Shown here in pieces: positions 1 to 12,236 of a DNA stretch of 31,453 nt. The notes under the pieces were generated by a model. The model saw only the letters and a program-made list of their open reading frames with translations, did not search any database and was not told where the DNA came from. Every line of letters begins with the position of its first letter. Positions within the stretch are counted from its first letter, which is position 1. A program made the position numbers and the translations under genes. The stretch lies in NCBI GenBank assembly GCA_024704765.1, contig JAKMXF010000086.1, positions 1-31,453 on the forward strand. Reading direction: 5' to 3'. This DNA is from Oopsacas minuta. Its lineage: Eukaryota > Animalia > Porifera.

Positions 1-568
1 ATCGAGAAAGGAGTCCTTTGCTTCTTGACAGCCTCTTCATTTTTATTTGATCAGTAATGAAGTGAACTTTTCTCCGCTTAAAAGAAGATAACCCTAAGCC
101 TCTTCTCACAATATTTTGAAGCGATCGACGAGATATTTTTAGTTCTTTGGCCATTTTTCTTACTGATCGCTGAGGATTCCGCCATACCTGACTCCTGACT
201 GTCTTTCTCATCCGTATAGTCGTAACTGACACTGGGAGACCACTTCTAGGTTTGTCTATAATGCTACCAGTCTCGTTGAATCGTTTATAGTACGAAATAT
301 CAACTTTCTTTTTGTTTCTGGAATATTTAGTATTCTCATTATTTCCTTTTGATTTTACCCATTTTTGAATAATTCAGTTATTGCTGATCGTTGCTTTCCA
401 TATACACCAAATTTGTTGCTATGTACTGAATACTACTATACTCTTCTGTTGAATTTCGATCCTAAGACTTAAATCAATGAATTGAATACGAAAGCTACCT
501 ATTTATCATGGTTACATAACATATATTCCTATTTAAAATTATGGGCATAACTTATTGGCCACCCCGCA
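1..568 (-). mobile_element. Left end and N-terminal half of a decayed Tc1/mariner (maT-like) element, running off the window start
   Basis: The reverse strand reads ATG at 401, then across a frameshift and a stop: RSAITELFKNG*NQKEIMRILNIPETKRKLIFRTIKRFNETGSIIDKPRSGLPVSV...RNPQRSVRKMAKELKISRRSLQNIVRRGLGL, which is the paired-like double HTH of ITm transposases. A TIR-like end (reverse complement CGGGGTGGCCAATAAGTT) lies at ~549-566. Confidence 0.85.
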
Positions 569-579
569 TATATTTCACT

Positions 580-1723
580 ATGAATGATATAAGGAAAGAT
601 ATTTTTCTGTTTACACGTCAGGAAAGGGTCCAAACGAAATCGTGAGGATTATGAAAGAGGATAAAATCAATAGAATGATGATCCATCGGACTATAAAAAG
701 TTGCAAGGAGACATGTAGCATCAGGGATAAGCCTCGGCCTGGCAAACCCACTTCAGTCAGAACGAAAAATATCAAAATGTGATCCGAGGTCGAATCTCGC
801 GAAATCCGCATCGTTCTATCAGAAAGATGGCTCGTGAGCTGAAGGTTGGTAGAGGATCTCTTCGTAAACTTGTGCGCAATGATCTGGGGCTCAAATCACT
901 CAAAAGACGCATAGTATACCATCTCACACCAGCTATTCGAGCGAAACGGCTCAATAAATGCAAGGGCCTCTTACGTCGACTCGGACGAATCCCCGGTGAC
1001 AGAATTCTTTTCTCTTACGAGAAACTGTTCACTATAGAAGAGTCATCTAACAGTTAAAATGACAGGATGTTAGCGTCTTCATCTAACAGTATCTCTAGTA
1101 ATCTAAGATTCATTGATAGAGCCCAGATTCCACTTTCTATTATGGTATGGGCTGGTGTCTCCGCGGACTCAAGGACAAACTTGGTATTTATCCACGAGGA
1201 GTCAGAATAAATACAGAAACCTATAAGGAACCGATTCTTGAAGCTGAAATTAAAGATACTGGACATAAGTTGTTTAATAATGAGTCTTGGTTAATTCAAC
1301 AGGACTCGGCACCGGCTCATACATCTAAAGGGACAAAATCGTGTTACAGGGTCAAAATATCGACTTTCTGACTAGGGAAGAATGGCTCTCGTATAGCCAA
1401 GATCCTAATCCTCTATATATTTCTGTATGGAGGAATTTGCAGACTTAGACTTGTTCCAAAACCCATAAAAATTTGGAATCGCTAAAAGCTTCATTAAATA
1501 CAGAATGGCTAAAGATTCTCCAGGAAGACCTGCGAAAAGCTGTGTTCCAATTTACGGATCGTATCCGTAGGGTTGTCAAAGTGAAGGGAGGACATATTAA
1601 ATATATTTCGCCCAAGTAACCTGTCACATTTAGCACAAACCTCTGTAAAATCAAATTTCGAAATAGTAAATAGTTTTGGAGTTATCAAATTTGGCCATGT
1701 AACACTATTTACTGGTCATCCTG
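580..1723 (+). pseudogene. maT-like (DD37D) Tc1/mariner transposase pseudogene with right TIR
   Basis: ATG at 580. ORF pieces 779-1057 and 1147-1371 plus frameshifted flanks give HTH, ILFSYEK (D1 mutated), WAGVS, QQDSAPAH and WxSYSQDPNPL(Y). I count 37 residues between D2 and the third catalytic position after repairing one frameshift. The end ACTATTTACTGGTCATCCTG at 1704-1723 is followed by TA. The left TIR is not in the window. Confidence 0.9.
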
Positions 1724-2183
1724 TATATTAGACAAATAGTAAACACAATAATCTTTGAATTATAATTCTTAACTGTATTCGCTAAAGATAATTCACTGTT
1801 ACGAATATTCTTTACAAAAGATATCATGTCAACTATTACTACAAGAAAAACAACAGATCTGTTCCAGAATTATCATGTTTCCAAAATATGATTGTTGACT
1901 AATCGAGAAGAATTTTCCTAGATAGTCCTTCTACCAACTTCGCCATCAAATTATTACCACTTTCGATGTTAATAATTACACAGGTCAACAAAATTTAGCT
2001 TCATTTTCTCATCAAGTATTAGATTGACATTATCTAAGCTAGTTTTTTACGCTGAATTCAAATCTGCTTTCAGATTCTTTCCAGCACGTCCAGTTTTTTT
2101 TTCCATCTACAAGTCAACGATTTTTATGTATTTCCTAAATTTTTCCTGTTATTTTATGGTAGTGGCTGTCTTTTTGTCTTNTT

Positions 2184-2317
2184 AAGTGATCAACTCTCTC
2201 TAAGTTTTGTTAGAAAGTTGAAATATGGTTCTATATAATTGCACTAAGAAATACTAGCTTAGAACTGCTATTTCATTACAAATATACAGTGATTAGTATA
2301 TATTGAATGCCCCTGTA
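2184..2317. repeat. 134-bp dispersed repeat, copy 1 (transposon end-like)
   Basis: Matches 5345-5478 with 2 mismatches. It starts 3 nt after the N at 2181 and ends in ATTGAATGCCCCTG+TA, a mariner-like terminus. Confidence 0.9.
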
Positions 2318-2539
2318 TCTTCAGATCGTAATCATATTTCCACAAAGTACAGATCCTCAATGTTGACGACTACCTAAATGATCCCAAACATACCACTCTG
2401 AGTATTGCTGTGCGCATCTTTAACGACTATAATAATGCTCTATTAGTGTGGTATTTCCTCATTAAATAGACACTAACCTGCTAGAGAACGACGTATTAAC
2501 CTGAGAGAAAACCTAAATGTCTCTCTGATAGAATAATTA

Positions 2540-3470
2540 CCCAAATACTCCATCGGGACAAACAATTATAGGAAGTTGAGAAACCAAGTCGTTGATTAAA
2601 TAATAAACAGCAAGGGATGATATTTTCCATAGCTCATAGAATCTAAGAAAACTGATACCAGAACATTCTGGAAATTTAATGAAATTGTTCCTAGAAAAAC
2701 TAAAACTGCTCCCTTCATCTTCGACCGCACATGTAAAGAGTTTACAAACCACTTTCAGGGAGCTTGAGAATTTAACAACTATTTCACTGAAACTGCAGAT
2801 TAGGTATGATTTAGCACTCTAACACAATTTTCAGATAAACCTCACTTTGTTAAGCTTAGGGAAATCATTAATACAAAAGTTGAAGACGAGGCTCAATTAC
2901 TATACCACGCGTTGAAGTCAACTATATTTCAAAAGAACTTCTCATACTCGACTCTCCTAAATCAACAGATCTAGCTGCACTTTCTGCCAAGTAATAAAAA
3001 ATCACAGCACAGTTATTGCAAAGGTTAGCAGAAGTCTATATCTGCTACGAATAAGCAAAGTTATCTACCAATAAAGGTTCGCAAATTGTTCTACAATACT
3101 CATATGAACTCCACTTTCACTTACTGTCTTACAAATTCGAGCTCCAGAACTGAAGGTGGAATTGACAAGGTACTTGAGTTATGAAAGAGATTGATGCGTG
3201 TTATCCTAATATTAGTAATATTACCACACTTCAAAGCCATTGTTTAGTTCGGCATAGAATGCCCCTGATGGATTTTAAATGTATTAATGATCTAGCTCCT
3301 GACTATTTCAATGTGATATTTACACCTATCTCGATGATTCATAGCTTCGGATAAGGAATACAATTAGGACCGAAAGTAATCCTACTAACAAAGTGTACAT
3401 CTGTAATATGTCAAAATGGAAGGTAGTCCACGATTTTATGCATATTTCGGAGCGATAATTTGGAATGGTT
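2540..3470 (+). mobile_element. Degraded non-LTR retrotransposon (CR1/L2-like ORF2 remnant)
   Basis: Frame-broken motifs YRKLRNQVVD...ESKKTDTRTFWKF (pre-RT), AKVSRSLYLLRI/YLPIKVRKLFYN...FTYC, FKCINDLAPDYF and YFGAIIWN (post-RT) resemble CR1/L2 ORF2. The RT core between them is not seen. Confidence 0.6.
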
Positions 3471-3943
3471 TTCAACTAGGCTACTTGAATCTAGTTCCTT
3501 CAACGGTTTCAGGAGCTCATTTTTCAATTACTTAATGAAAAGGATTGAATGGAGGAAATCAGTAGTATTATTATCCAACCCGATCACTGAATTATATCAT
3601 ATTATATCTATACTTCATCTTCGACATATTTGAACACTCTTCTTGTAACCAATTCTTTTGTTTTTTGTGTGTATATAATGGACCCTGAGGTAGAATAGCC
3701 TTTGCAAATCTAGGTTGTCCATGAAAGTAATATATAATATAATGAATATTATTCAGACAAAAAGAATTACCGTACATTTAGCATCTAAGTATAGATGTAT
3801 ATATGTAAATATGTTAAGAATGTACTTTATACTTATGGAACGTGAAACCTTCTAAAGTGGCGATAGTTTCACCTCGAAGAACGGGTTTGTATCATGCGGT
3901 CAGATTCATATCCTCTCTCATATTCTCTTACCTCTCTATATTA

Positions 3944-4062
3944 CAGGGTGGCCATAGAACACTGTTACATATTTTGAATCGATAATGTCAGTTATATTTA
4001 TATTGAGCCATGATTATCAGTCATCATTTCTGATGCGTACAATTATACAAATATAATATAAA
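3944..4062 (+). mobile_element. Orphan Tc1/mariner-type terminus
   Basis: TA|CAGGGTGGCCATAGAAC at 3942-3960. It is interrupted ~120 bp later by the mariner starting at 4065, and no partner TIR was found. Confidence 0.45.
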
Positions 4063-4064
4063 TA

Positions 4065-5343
4065 CAGGGTGTTCAATAAGTTCGTGGAAAATTATATTTA
4101 GAGTAAGGAGTACTAAATGTTATATTTAGCTTTCCATTTATCAATCATATATTTATTGATTTACTTAAACTTTGTGATACAAGCAGCTATATTCAGAGCA
4201 ATAATCAGATCTTTCCGTCAGTTGTTTGAAAAATAATGAACTTTGAGAACTTAGAGCATCGAGTAGTCATTAAATTACTCTGTATAAAAGGATTAAGCGC
4301 TACTGAAACGTTCAAAGAGATGAAAGATGTCCTCAAAGACAATGTCCCTAGTCAATCTATGGTTGCAAAATGGCATACAGAATTCAAACGTGGAAGAGAA
4401 AGTATTACAGATGACCCTCGCTCAGAAAGACCCACATTTTCTCTCCATCCAGAAACAATGCAATCCATTAGTGGTATGATAGAGAACGATCACTGTATAT
4501 CGATCAGAAATATAGCTAATAGAGTAGATTTATCAATTGGAACTATTCATTCGATCCTTCATGACCATCTTGGGCTCAAGAAATACAAAGCAAAGTGGAT
4601 ACCAAAAACCTTATCTGAAGATCAAATGATGGCTAGACTGGAAACTAGCAAAACCATGATTGATTTGTATATGTCTGACCCAGACGATTTTCATGCGAGA
4701 CTGATTACAGGAGATGAACTTAGACATACTACCATGACCCTTGCACTGTTAGCGAGGCTGCGGAATGGAAGTATGAAGATTCTCCAAAGCCCAAAGTACC
4801 CCGACTTGGTCACTGTCCAAAGTCTAAGTCAAAGCTGATGCTATCAATATTCTGGGGTTCTAAGGGACCATTACTATTAGATTATCTTCCCAAAAATACG
4901 GCAGTGACTGGAACATATTATGCCGATCTAATGACGAAATTACGCGAATCTGTAAAGAAGAATAGGCGAGGAATGCTAAAAAGGATCCCACTCATTTTAC
5001 ATGACAATGCTCCATCCCATAAAAGTCATATTGCACAGGAAGCAATGAAAGATTGTGGCTTTAAACAGGCTGAACACCCACCATACAGTCCTGATTTCGC
5101 TCCCAGTGATTATTATCTATTTCCAATTGCCAAGCAAGCACTTCGCGGAAAGACTTTTGACGATGACGATGCATTAGAATCGGGTTTTGAAGACTGGTTA
5201 GACACCAAAGACAAAATGTTTTTCATCATGGTATAGAAAAGCTGAAAGATAAGTGGCTTAAATGTATTCTATTACAAGGGGATTATGTTGAAAATTAAAC
5301 TCTAGCCATTGCTATATAAAACGTCTATATACTAATTTCCACG
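4065..5343 (+). mobile_element. Mariner element (DD34D), nearly full length
   Basis: Left TIR TA|CAGGGTGTTCAATAAGTTCGTGGAAAA at 4063-4091. The inner part of the right TIR (TTTCCACG) is at 5336-5343 and is cut by the N at 5344. Confidence 0.92.
4236..5298 (+). pseudogene. Mariner transposase pseudogene (frameshifted)
   Basis: ORFs 4236-4838 and 4838-5236 plus a shifted tail YHGIEKL...GDYVEN*. Motifs: WIPKTL (WVPHEL-like), ITGDE, LHDNAPSH and HPPYSPDFAPSDY. I count 34 residues between D2 and D3. Confidence 0.95.
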
Positions 5344-5344
5344 N

Positions 5345-5478
5345 AAGTGATCAACTCTCTCTAAGTTTTGTTAGAAAGTTGAAATATGGTTCTATATAAT
5401 TGCACTGAGAAATACTAGCTTAGAACTGCTATTTCATTAAAAATATACAGTGATTAGTATATATTGAATGCCCCTGTA
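5345..5478. repeat. 134-bp dispersed repeat, copy 2
   Basis: Matches 2184-2317 with 2 mismatches and begins immediately after the N at 5344. Confidence 0.9.
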
Positions 5479-5605
5479 ACTCGGGAATCATCTTCATATT
5501 TCCATGACCATGAAACGATAACATTAGAGATTGTTAAATTCTTGCTGAATATTAGCAAAATGTGGCATCAGTGGTTGCGATTATAACTATGGAACCCCCG
5601 AACAT

Positions 5606-5625
5606 TATATATATATATATATATA
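5606..5625. repeat. (TA)10 microsatellite
   Basis: Read directly from the sequence. Confidence 0.9.
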
Positions 5626-7509
5626 CGTATATTTCAGAAAGTTCCTACAGGTTTTCCGAGCACATTCCTAGCGCTCCTCCTCCCAATTTTGAGACGCCCA
5701 ATTATATGAGTTAGTATTGCGGTGTAGCGAAACATCCCCAATTTTCATTCTCCTAAATATCTTTTATCAAAAATCATATGCATAGAGGAGTGTTCGGCGT
5801 TCTTAAATATACCTTTATATATTAATCAAATGAAATTTTGCTCTTGACCATGAAAATAGCCTTAAAATTATGAAATACTTTTGTAAACGTGAATGTATTC
5901 ATTGAATATTGACAGAGTTGTAAAACTCTATATTTAATCAATTAATACTAGCATTTGTTAAAAGTTTGCTAAATAGGCAAACAGATGGCGTCATTTCAAC
6001 TTGTATTTAGTTTGTAGAGATAGATAGAGTATTATTAAATGTCAATAACATATTTATTCACGCCAAAGGGTATTATTAATATTATCGCTACTAATAGACA
6101 TTTATATGTGGATAGTGAAAAAGTTGTAAAAACCGAAAACACTCACAAACTACAAATATTTCAATTATACCAATTTGACCAATGAAATCCCAGTAATAGA
6201 CTTGCTTGTCAACAATAATCTAATTGATATCAATAGAAGTAATGCTTTTCAAGATATCAAAATATATAATACAAACTGGCCTAACTTTGTATAGAATCAA
6301 TAAGAGTTGAATATGAGTTGGCTGTCCGGTACAACTTTCTCTATATACCACATCATGAAATTGCGCCACATATTCTGGAGAATTCAATTATTATCCTGAA
6401 TGTGTTATGACATTGTTGGTAGATAAATACTCAAAAATAATTACCAATTAACATTCATAACCATGTGTATATAAGATCAAAGAGGGGCAGGGGGTACGTA
6501 CATATAGTTCATGTTCGTATATTCATGATGTGATACGCATTTAGAGAATATTATTTGTCAATAGGACAATATATATTTGATCATTTGCCATCAAAAAAAT
6601 CAGATATCTACCATATAATGTCCGGAAAATTATAATCGAGGATATAACTTTTGATTAATGCGCTGTGCAAGTGTACGTATTTTCAATAAATCCCAAAGAA
6701 CTTTTGAAACTCTCCAAAATATCTATCTTAGTGAGAGGTTCCCTGAAGCTATATATTTATATGATACACTTAATATAGTGTTCAACAATCCCACCTCGGG
6801 ATAGAGCATGTTTCACAAAATCGTTTAAGTGATAAATTCTATCAAATATTTGACTATGTAGGATATCCTGGCTACCTACTTACCAACTTTGAAGTTAAAA
6901 GAATGTGTAATAGCGGAATTATTGCGAGCTTAGTCAACATAGGTCTTCCCTTAACAGCCCATTTTGGCCCCGTTTAGAAAATATATCGAAAAATCGAATT
7001 TGAGTTTCGTAGCTCATTTCCAATTGATCGAGCAAAACTTGTGGATTATCATAGACTAGTAAAGTACTATTAATTTGTGGAAAGTTTCATGGAAATAGGA
7101 TAGGATTGGTGAAATTATTGGATGCTTTGATAAGGAATTCCCCCGTGGGAATAATGCAATTAAGAAAATGAGGATCCCGCTGAGCATGATCTAGTAAAGT
7201 CGTGTTAAAATATACCATTGAAGGGGGATATGTGTATAAATAGGCTAGACTAGCCAAGCTGAGTCAAGCAAGGGGTCACTTGCCGTTCAAACAAAGGGAA
7301 ACGCTGATAACGTATACCAACATAAAAATTATATTACCATGATCTAATAATACTTCATGCTCCATTTGTACTGCATCCAATTTTAAATTATAGTTATCTC
7401 ATTCACCCACAAATATACACTCCTACTCTACCGCTACATTGATTTACTAATGTATATGTGTGTACAGTAAGCTCTAGACTGATTTCTTATTCTTATGAGT
7501 AGTGTGAAG

Positions 7510-8487
7510 ATGAAAGAACAAAAGCGCTCTACATTGATTCAGAATTGGAAAACTGGGCACCATCAAGCAGGAATTTGAAAATCATTTGGCAGAGGAGATT
7601 ACACATGATCCTTTGTTTCTTGTGTGATAAATAGGTACAATAAGCTCGTTACCTTGAAGATACACCTCGCCTCGGGAGACGTCGTACGTTAAAACCCCAG
7701 GGGTGAAGCGAAAATCAGACAGATGCTTTCAAGGAAACCGACACTCTCCTATCGACAAATCGTTGCTAGAGCTTCCATTTCGAACACTTTGGCTCAACTT
7801 CTCTTATCAACAGCCACTATAAAGAATTCTTTTAAAGGAACTCGGACTGAAGCTCTTACCCAACTCACAATAAAGAAGAGGGTCCAACGTTATCGCAAGT
7901 TGGTAGCTAGTCTCAAACACATACAGTATTTCCCTAGGTTATAAAAATATATACTAACATGTATCAAAAACACATTCTATCTTAACACTTTAGTCAAATA
8001 GGGAGTACGTTCATGAGAGGTAACCATTGGCTGTTTTAACAGGATGGAGCACCCGCTCCTACGGCAACTTCTACTCAAGAATAGCCTACAACCAATATTC
8101 TAGATTTTATTGAGATAACCGATTGGCCCCCGTCTATCCCGATTTAAATCCCTATGACTTTTATCTCTGGGAAAGATTGGAAGCAATTGTGAACAGTCGG
8201 TTATATAAGTCAATTGAGTCACTGAAAGGGCAATTGGGCTTACTTGTGATCAATTAGACAAGGAAGAAATCGCAAATGCCTACCGAAATTCTTAGGAAAT
8301 TGAAATCTGTATTCTAGCAATTGGTAACGATTTGAATAGATAACCTAGAGGAAACTTGAGCTTACATTGTTTAATTTTAGTATAATTACAAACTAATAAT
8401 TTTTTACTGATTTTACACTAAAGTTATCATATTTGACAATATTCTTTTCAATTTTGAATTTTGTTGCAGTATTTACGGATCACCCTG
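7510..8487 (+). pseudogene. Internally deleted maT-like (DD37D) transposase pseudogene with right TIR
   Basis: MKEQKRSTLIQ...EDTPRLGRRRTL...RKIRQMLSRKPTLSYRQI (HTH), then HWLF*QDGAPA...DFIEITDWPPS[S]PDLNPYDFYLWERLE with 37 residues D2-D3 after repairing one frameshift. The end GCAGTATTTACGGATCACCCTG+TA resembles the end at 1704-1723. The left TIR was not found. Confidence 0.85.
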
Positions 8488-10945
8488 TAGTTATGAAGCA
8501 TTTAAGTTTCCAAATGTCACCAAGTGGCACATTATAATGGCTGACATAGTTGTTTGAGACCTTTTTGAGATGACTCTACTTCTAGAATCACTTCTAATAG
8601 TATATAGATCTTATGTGGAAAGTTTCATACATTTATTCCAAATTGCACATTTTTTGTTTTAACGGCTCTACTAACATTCCAATAATTCATTTATTCGAGT
8701 AAAATATACTAATTTCATATTGTCAGCTGATATTGAATTTTCAATCAAAATATATCCACTTCTTTTTATACCTAGTCAAACGTAGTGTTTAGCTCATTTT
8801 CCTCGATCTCTCCTATGACATCCCTCAATGCCATTTATACTTTTAGTTTCGCCAAAGTACTATAATTACCTTGTGTTTATCAGAAAGATGTAATCGTTTG
8901 CTTATAACAACAGGTAACATTGTTGAGCAAAACTTATTAAGTGCCCCTCGTATGCACCTGGTTTGGTAACATTGATGAAGTTTCGACAATACCAAAATAT
9001 TATATCTGAAGTATTTATGTGACAAGTATTGATAAATTCATTATTTCGTCTGAAAAAGGCGAACAATTCGTAATTACATTTGCACGTTAAAGAAAGTGTA
9101 GGAAATTCAACCTCTGCCACTGAGATCCTGGGTTTTTCAAAAGTTTATATTGATGACAATTCAATATTTAATAGATATACTTCATTCCGCATGTATGGAT
9201 CTTGAACACAGTTATTATTTCGTTCGAAATTATATCCTAAATTCTGGTGGAGCTTCTTTCTCGTTTTGGATGTAACGTATTTGGAAACATTTTCTACCAG
9301 CAATTTCATTACGTTAACAAATACAATTTTCACCTTAAATTCAAGAATTTGAGTTTGTTCTTCAAAATTGATGATATTATAACAATTTGAAAAGCATTTC
9401 TTTTCGAAGTTAGTTTGAAAATGCTTATCTAGATTGACCTATGGCTTTGTATTGCAATCTCTTGTTTTCGGCATAAGCATTCTCGTTGGGTCATTTTTAA
9501 GGAAATACTCCAAAATCCTGTCGGTACTCAAAGTCAGCAATTTTCGCTTCTATTTTTCTTCGAGGCATCTCATTGATTTATCTCTAATATTAATCTAAAT
9601 CCATTAATATTTTGGAGATTTAGTAAATGATAGTTACTTTTTGTGTTTTCACTAACACACAATTATATAGTAGTTGTAGCACACAATGGACCAAATATGA
9701 TAATTCGAGGAATTCTTTATGATATTCCGTTTTGTTTTCAGCCTCTTCCATGCTTGTGTATTTATGCAGAGTGATCAAGCTTATTTTCAGTGAATACTCT
9801 TTGATAATATTAATTATATTATTCAACATGGATGTATATATTGTAATATGTATGATGTTTATTGTATTAAGTATTTCCTGTTCTCTTATGTCTTGACTAT
9901 GTAAACCTGTTACAATTCTTTGTTCTAGGAGAAAGGGAATATGTAAGAATTCTAAAAAGGATTCTATTAAGATCTTTTTCATGAAAGGAACTTATCTTGG
10001 AGGAATTGCTCTAGATTCTGGAATCCGCGAAATTAGATGGTGTTCAAAGGAAGAAATTGAATCTTTGGTGCCTAGCGATTATTATTTAGCAATTAAAAAC
10101 ATGTTATTTTAGCTAAATATTTTAATTATATACATATATTCATATTCTGATATTTTCATAAGCCTAGACGGCTTTGCTTAAGGTAGTATAGATTGGACTT
10201 TTATAACATACACATATCATACAGATAGGAAGCTAGCCGAGCAACGAATAAAATAGAAACCATTTGTATGATTTCTTAAAAGTTAAATTTACCTTTCAAA
10301 GTTTGTGAATTTAAGTTCATTATTGTACAAAATGAAAGAACCAGTTAACACTACCTGAAAAGTTACGCCCAACTTTCACCTCGTTGAGGCACCATTTATG
10401 TGATGGCAGTAGCAATAATATAAGTTAACTATTTTCTTAAATATTTTGTATTATATTTATTCTTAAGCTAGTATTGTTTGAATTCGTTCATGTACTACAT
10501 ACTCAATATAAATACATGTTTAACGATAGCTAATTGGATGAAAAATCTGAGTATATAACCTGGATCTTAAAATAATATCTATTCTTTAATATAATGTCGT
10601 GATTATTTACCGTATGGATACAGAAATGACATTAGTTCATCAAAATATTAGACATTCAAAAGTTAAAATAGTCTATTTTTAAAGGGAATTTATGTGAATT
10701 TTGATGTCATGATTTGAATGCGCCTAACGAGAATAAAGGATGGCCGTTTTAATTCTTAAGTATTCTTAAACTGAGTCTTTACATTTGTACCCTAAAATTG
10801 TTCAATATGCATTAATTACTAGACCTGCGGGTACAAATTGTGCCAACTATAGAACATTGGCACATTCAGCGAAAAAGAAAAGTTCACCCACTGTTTCTCG
10901 ATTGGGTAATTAACTTCGTTTGATCTCAATTTCACTCTCAATGTA

Positions 10946-11315
10946 CAGGGTGGCTCCAAAGTTCTGATACAAACCATTTTGTCTATAATATTTATTCAGC
11001 ATGACCTACATTATTGATTCTCTATATATAATTAATACATGCTATTAGGAAGAGATTGCCTAGTCATTTATTCAATATAACCACCCTTTTTGGAAATGAC
11101 AGCCCTGAGTCTGTTCGGGAATCCTTCTACTGCGGCACGCAGAGTTTCTTGGGGTATCTTCTCCCATTCTCGACACAAGGAAATCTTTAGAGAGCTAACT
11201 GTGTTGTGTGACACAGAACAAGCCTTGTTTTCCAAGATAGACCATACAGAATAGTCCATGGGATTTAAATCGGGACTGTATGGTGGCCATTCATCCTTAT
11301 GTATAAAATTGGGAA
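10946..11315 (-). mobile_element. 3' end of a maT-like Tc1/mariner element, truncated by an assembly N
   Basis: Uninterrupted C-terminus PNFIHKDEWPPYSPDLNPMDYSVWSILENKACS...LRAAVEGFPNRLRAVISKKGGYIE* (11068-11315). TIR TA|CAGGGTGGCTCCAAAG at 10944-10961. N at 11316. Confidence 0.9.
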
Positions 11316-12236
11316 NGCAGCTACGAATATAGACTACACAATATATAGGAGCGGGAAAGAGTGTACAATTTATGACAATATATTTGTGTGGTCGAATACT
11401 TTTGTCCCTTGACTGTATATAATTTCTAGAAATCTTATGCTGAGCACGAATATTACAATAATAAGTTCTGATTGCATTCGAATTGACTAACTTTGAAAAC
11501 ACAAACTGAAGTATTTCATCAGACACCATTAGACCTCGATATTTTACTCCTGGTGGTTAGATTTCTGTAATGTTTCAGTATTTTATTCCCCAGACATGGA
11601 CAGTGGAAAACCATTAAGAAATTTTTATAATTCTAGTATGTCATACAGTCCACTGGACAGTCTAAGAGGAAAATGCAGAAATTATAAAAGTATTGAATAA
11701 ATACGCAAATGGTGGCTAGTTTTAAATGCTCCAAATTTCTTGACATTTGCTCGTAGACTATTTATGCGAAGTAAGTAAAAGCACAGAATGGGCATCAGGA
11801 TCCGAGTATTTTCACCTTTTCCAATGCACTCTAATATTTATCTAATTGACTGTATGTGCAGAATAGTTTGAAAAATGATTATGCGTATGTATTGAATCGT
11901 TTGAAAAACTTAGATACGACTTAGTCTGATTTATACTAGGGTATTTTGCCTGGCTCAGACAATATCGAGTCTTCGAGAATAATTCACACCAATGATGGAA
12001 TTCTGACGTAATTGTCACATTTTTGAATTAGTGTATGCGGTTTTTGTATTGCAAAAACTGTACTATACTATAGCTCAGCTATTTATAACGAATCTCTATC
12101 TAGAAATGACTTCCTTTTTGCAAATGTGAAAGTTCTTATTTATCCTGTGGAAGCTCATGTTCTATAAGATATATTTGACTGAATGTTTTCCATATCAATT
12201 ACCTTACTTGATTCTTTCTGTCTTTCTTTATTTTAG

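Noticed and set aside
8840-10060. Minus-strand coding-like tract, possibly an L1/Tx1 C-terminus or unknown TE protein; a similar tract lies at ~14050-14510
   Set aside because: It is frame-broken with no diagnostic motif that I can defend, so no family can be assigned without BLASTx.
11317-11529. N-terminal half of the 153-aa ORF 11068-11529
   Set aside because: It is a chimera across the N at 11316. The part beyond the N has no transposase similarity.
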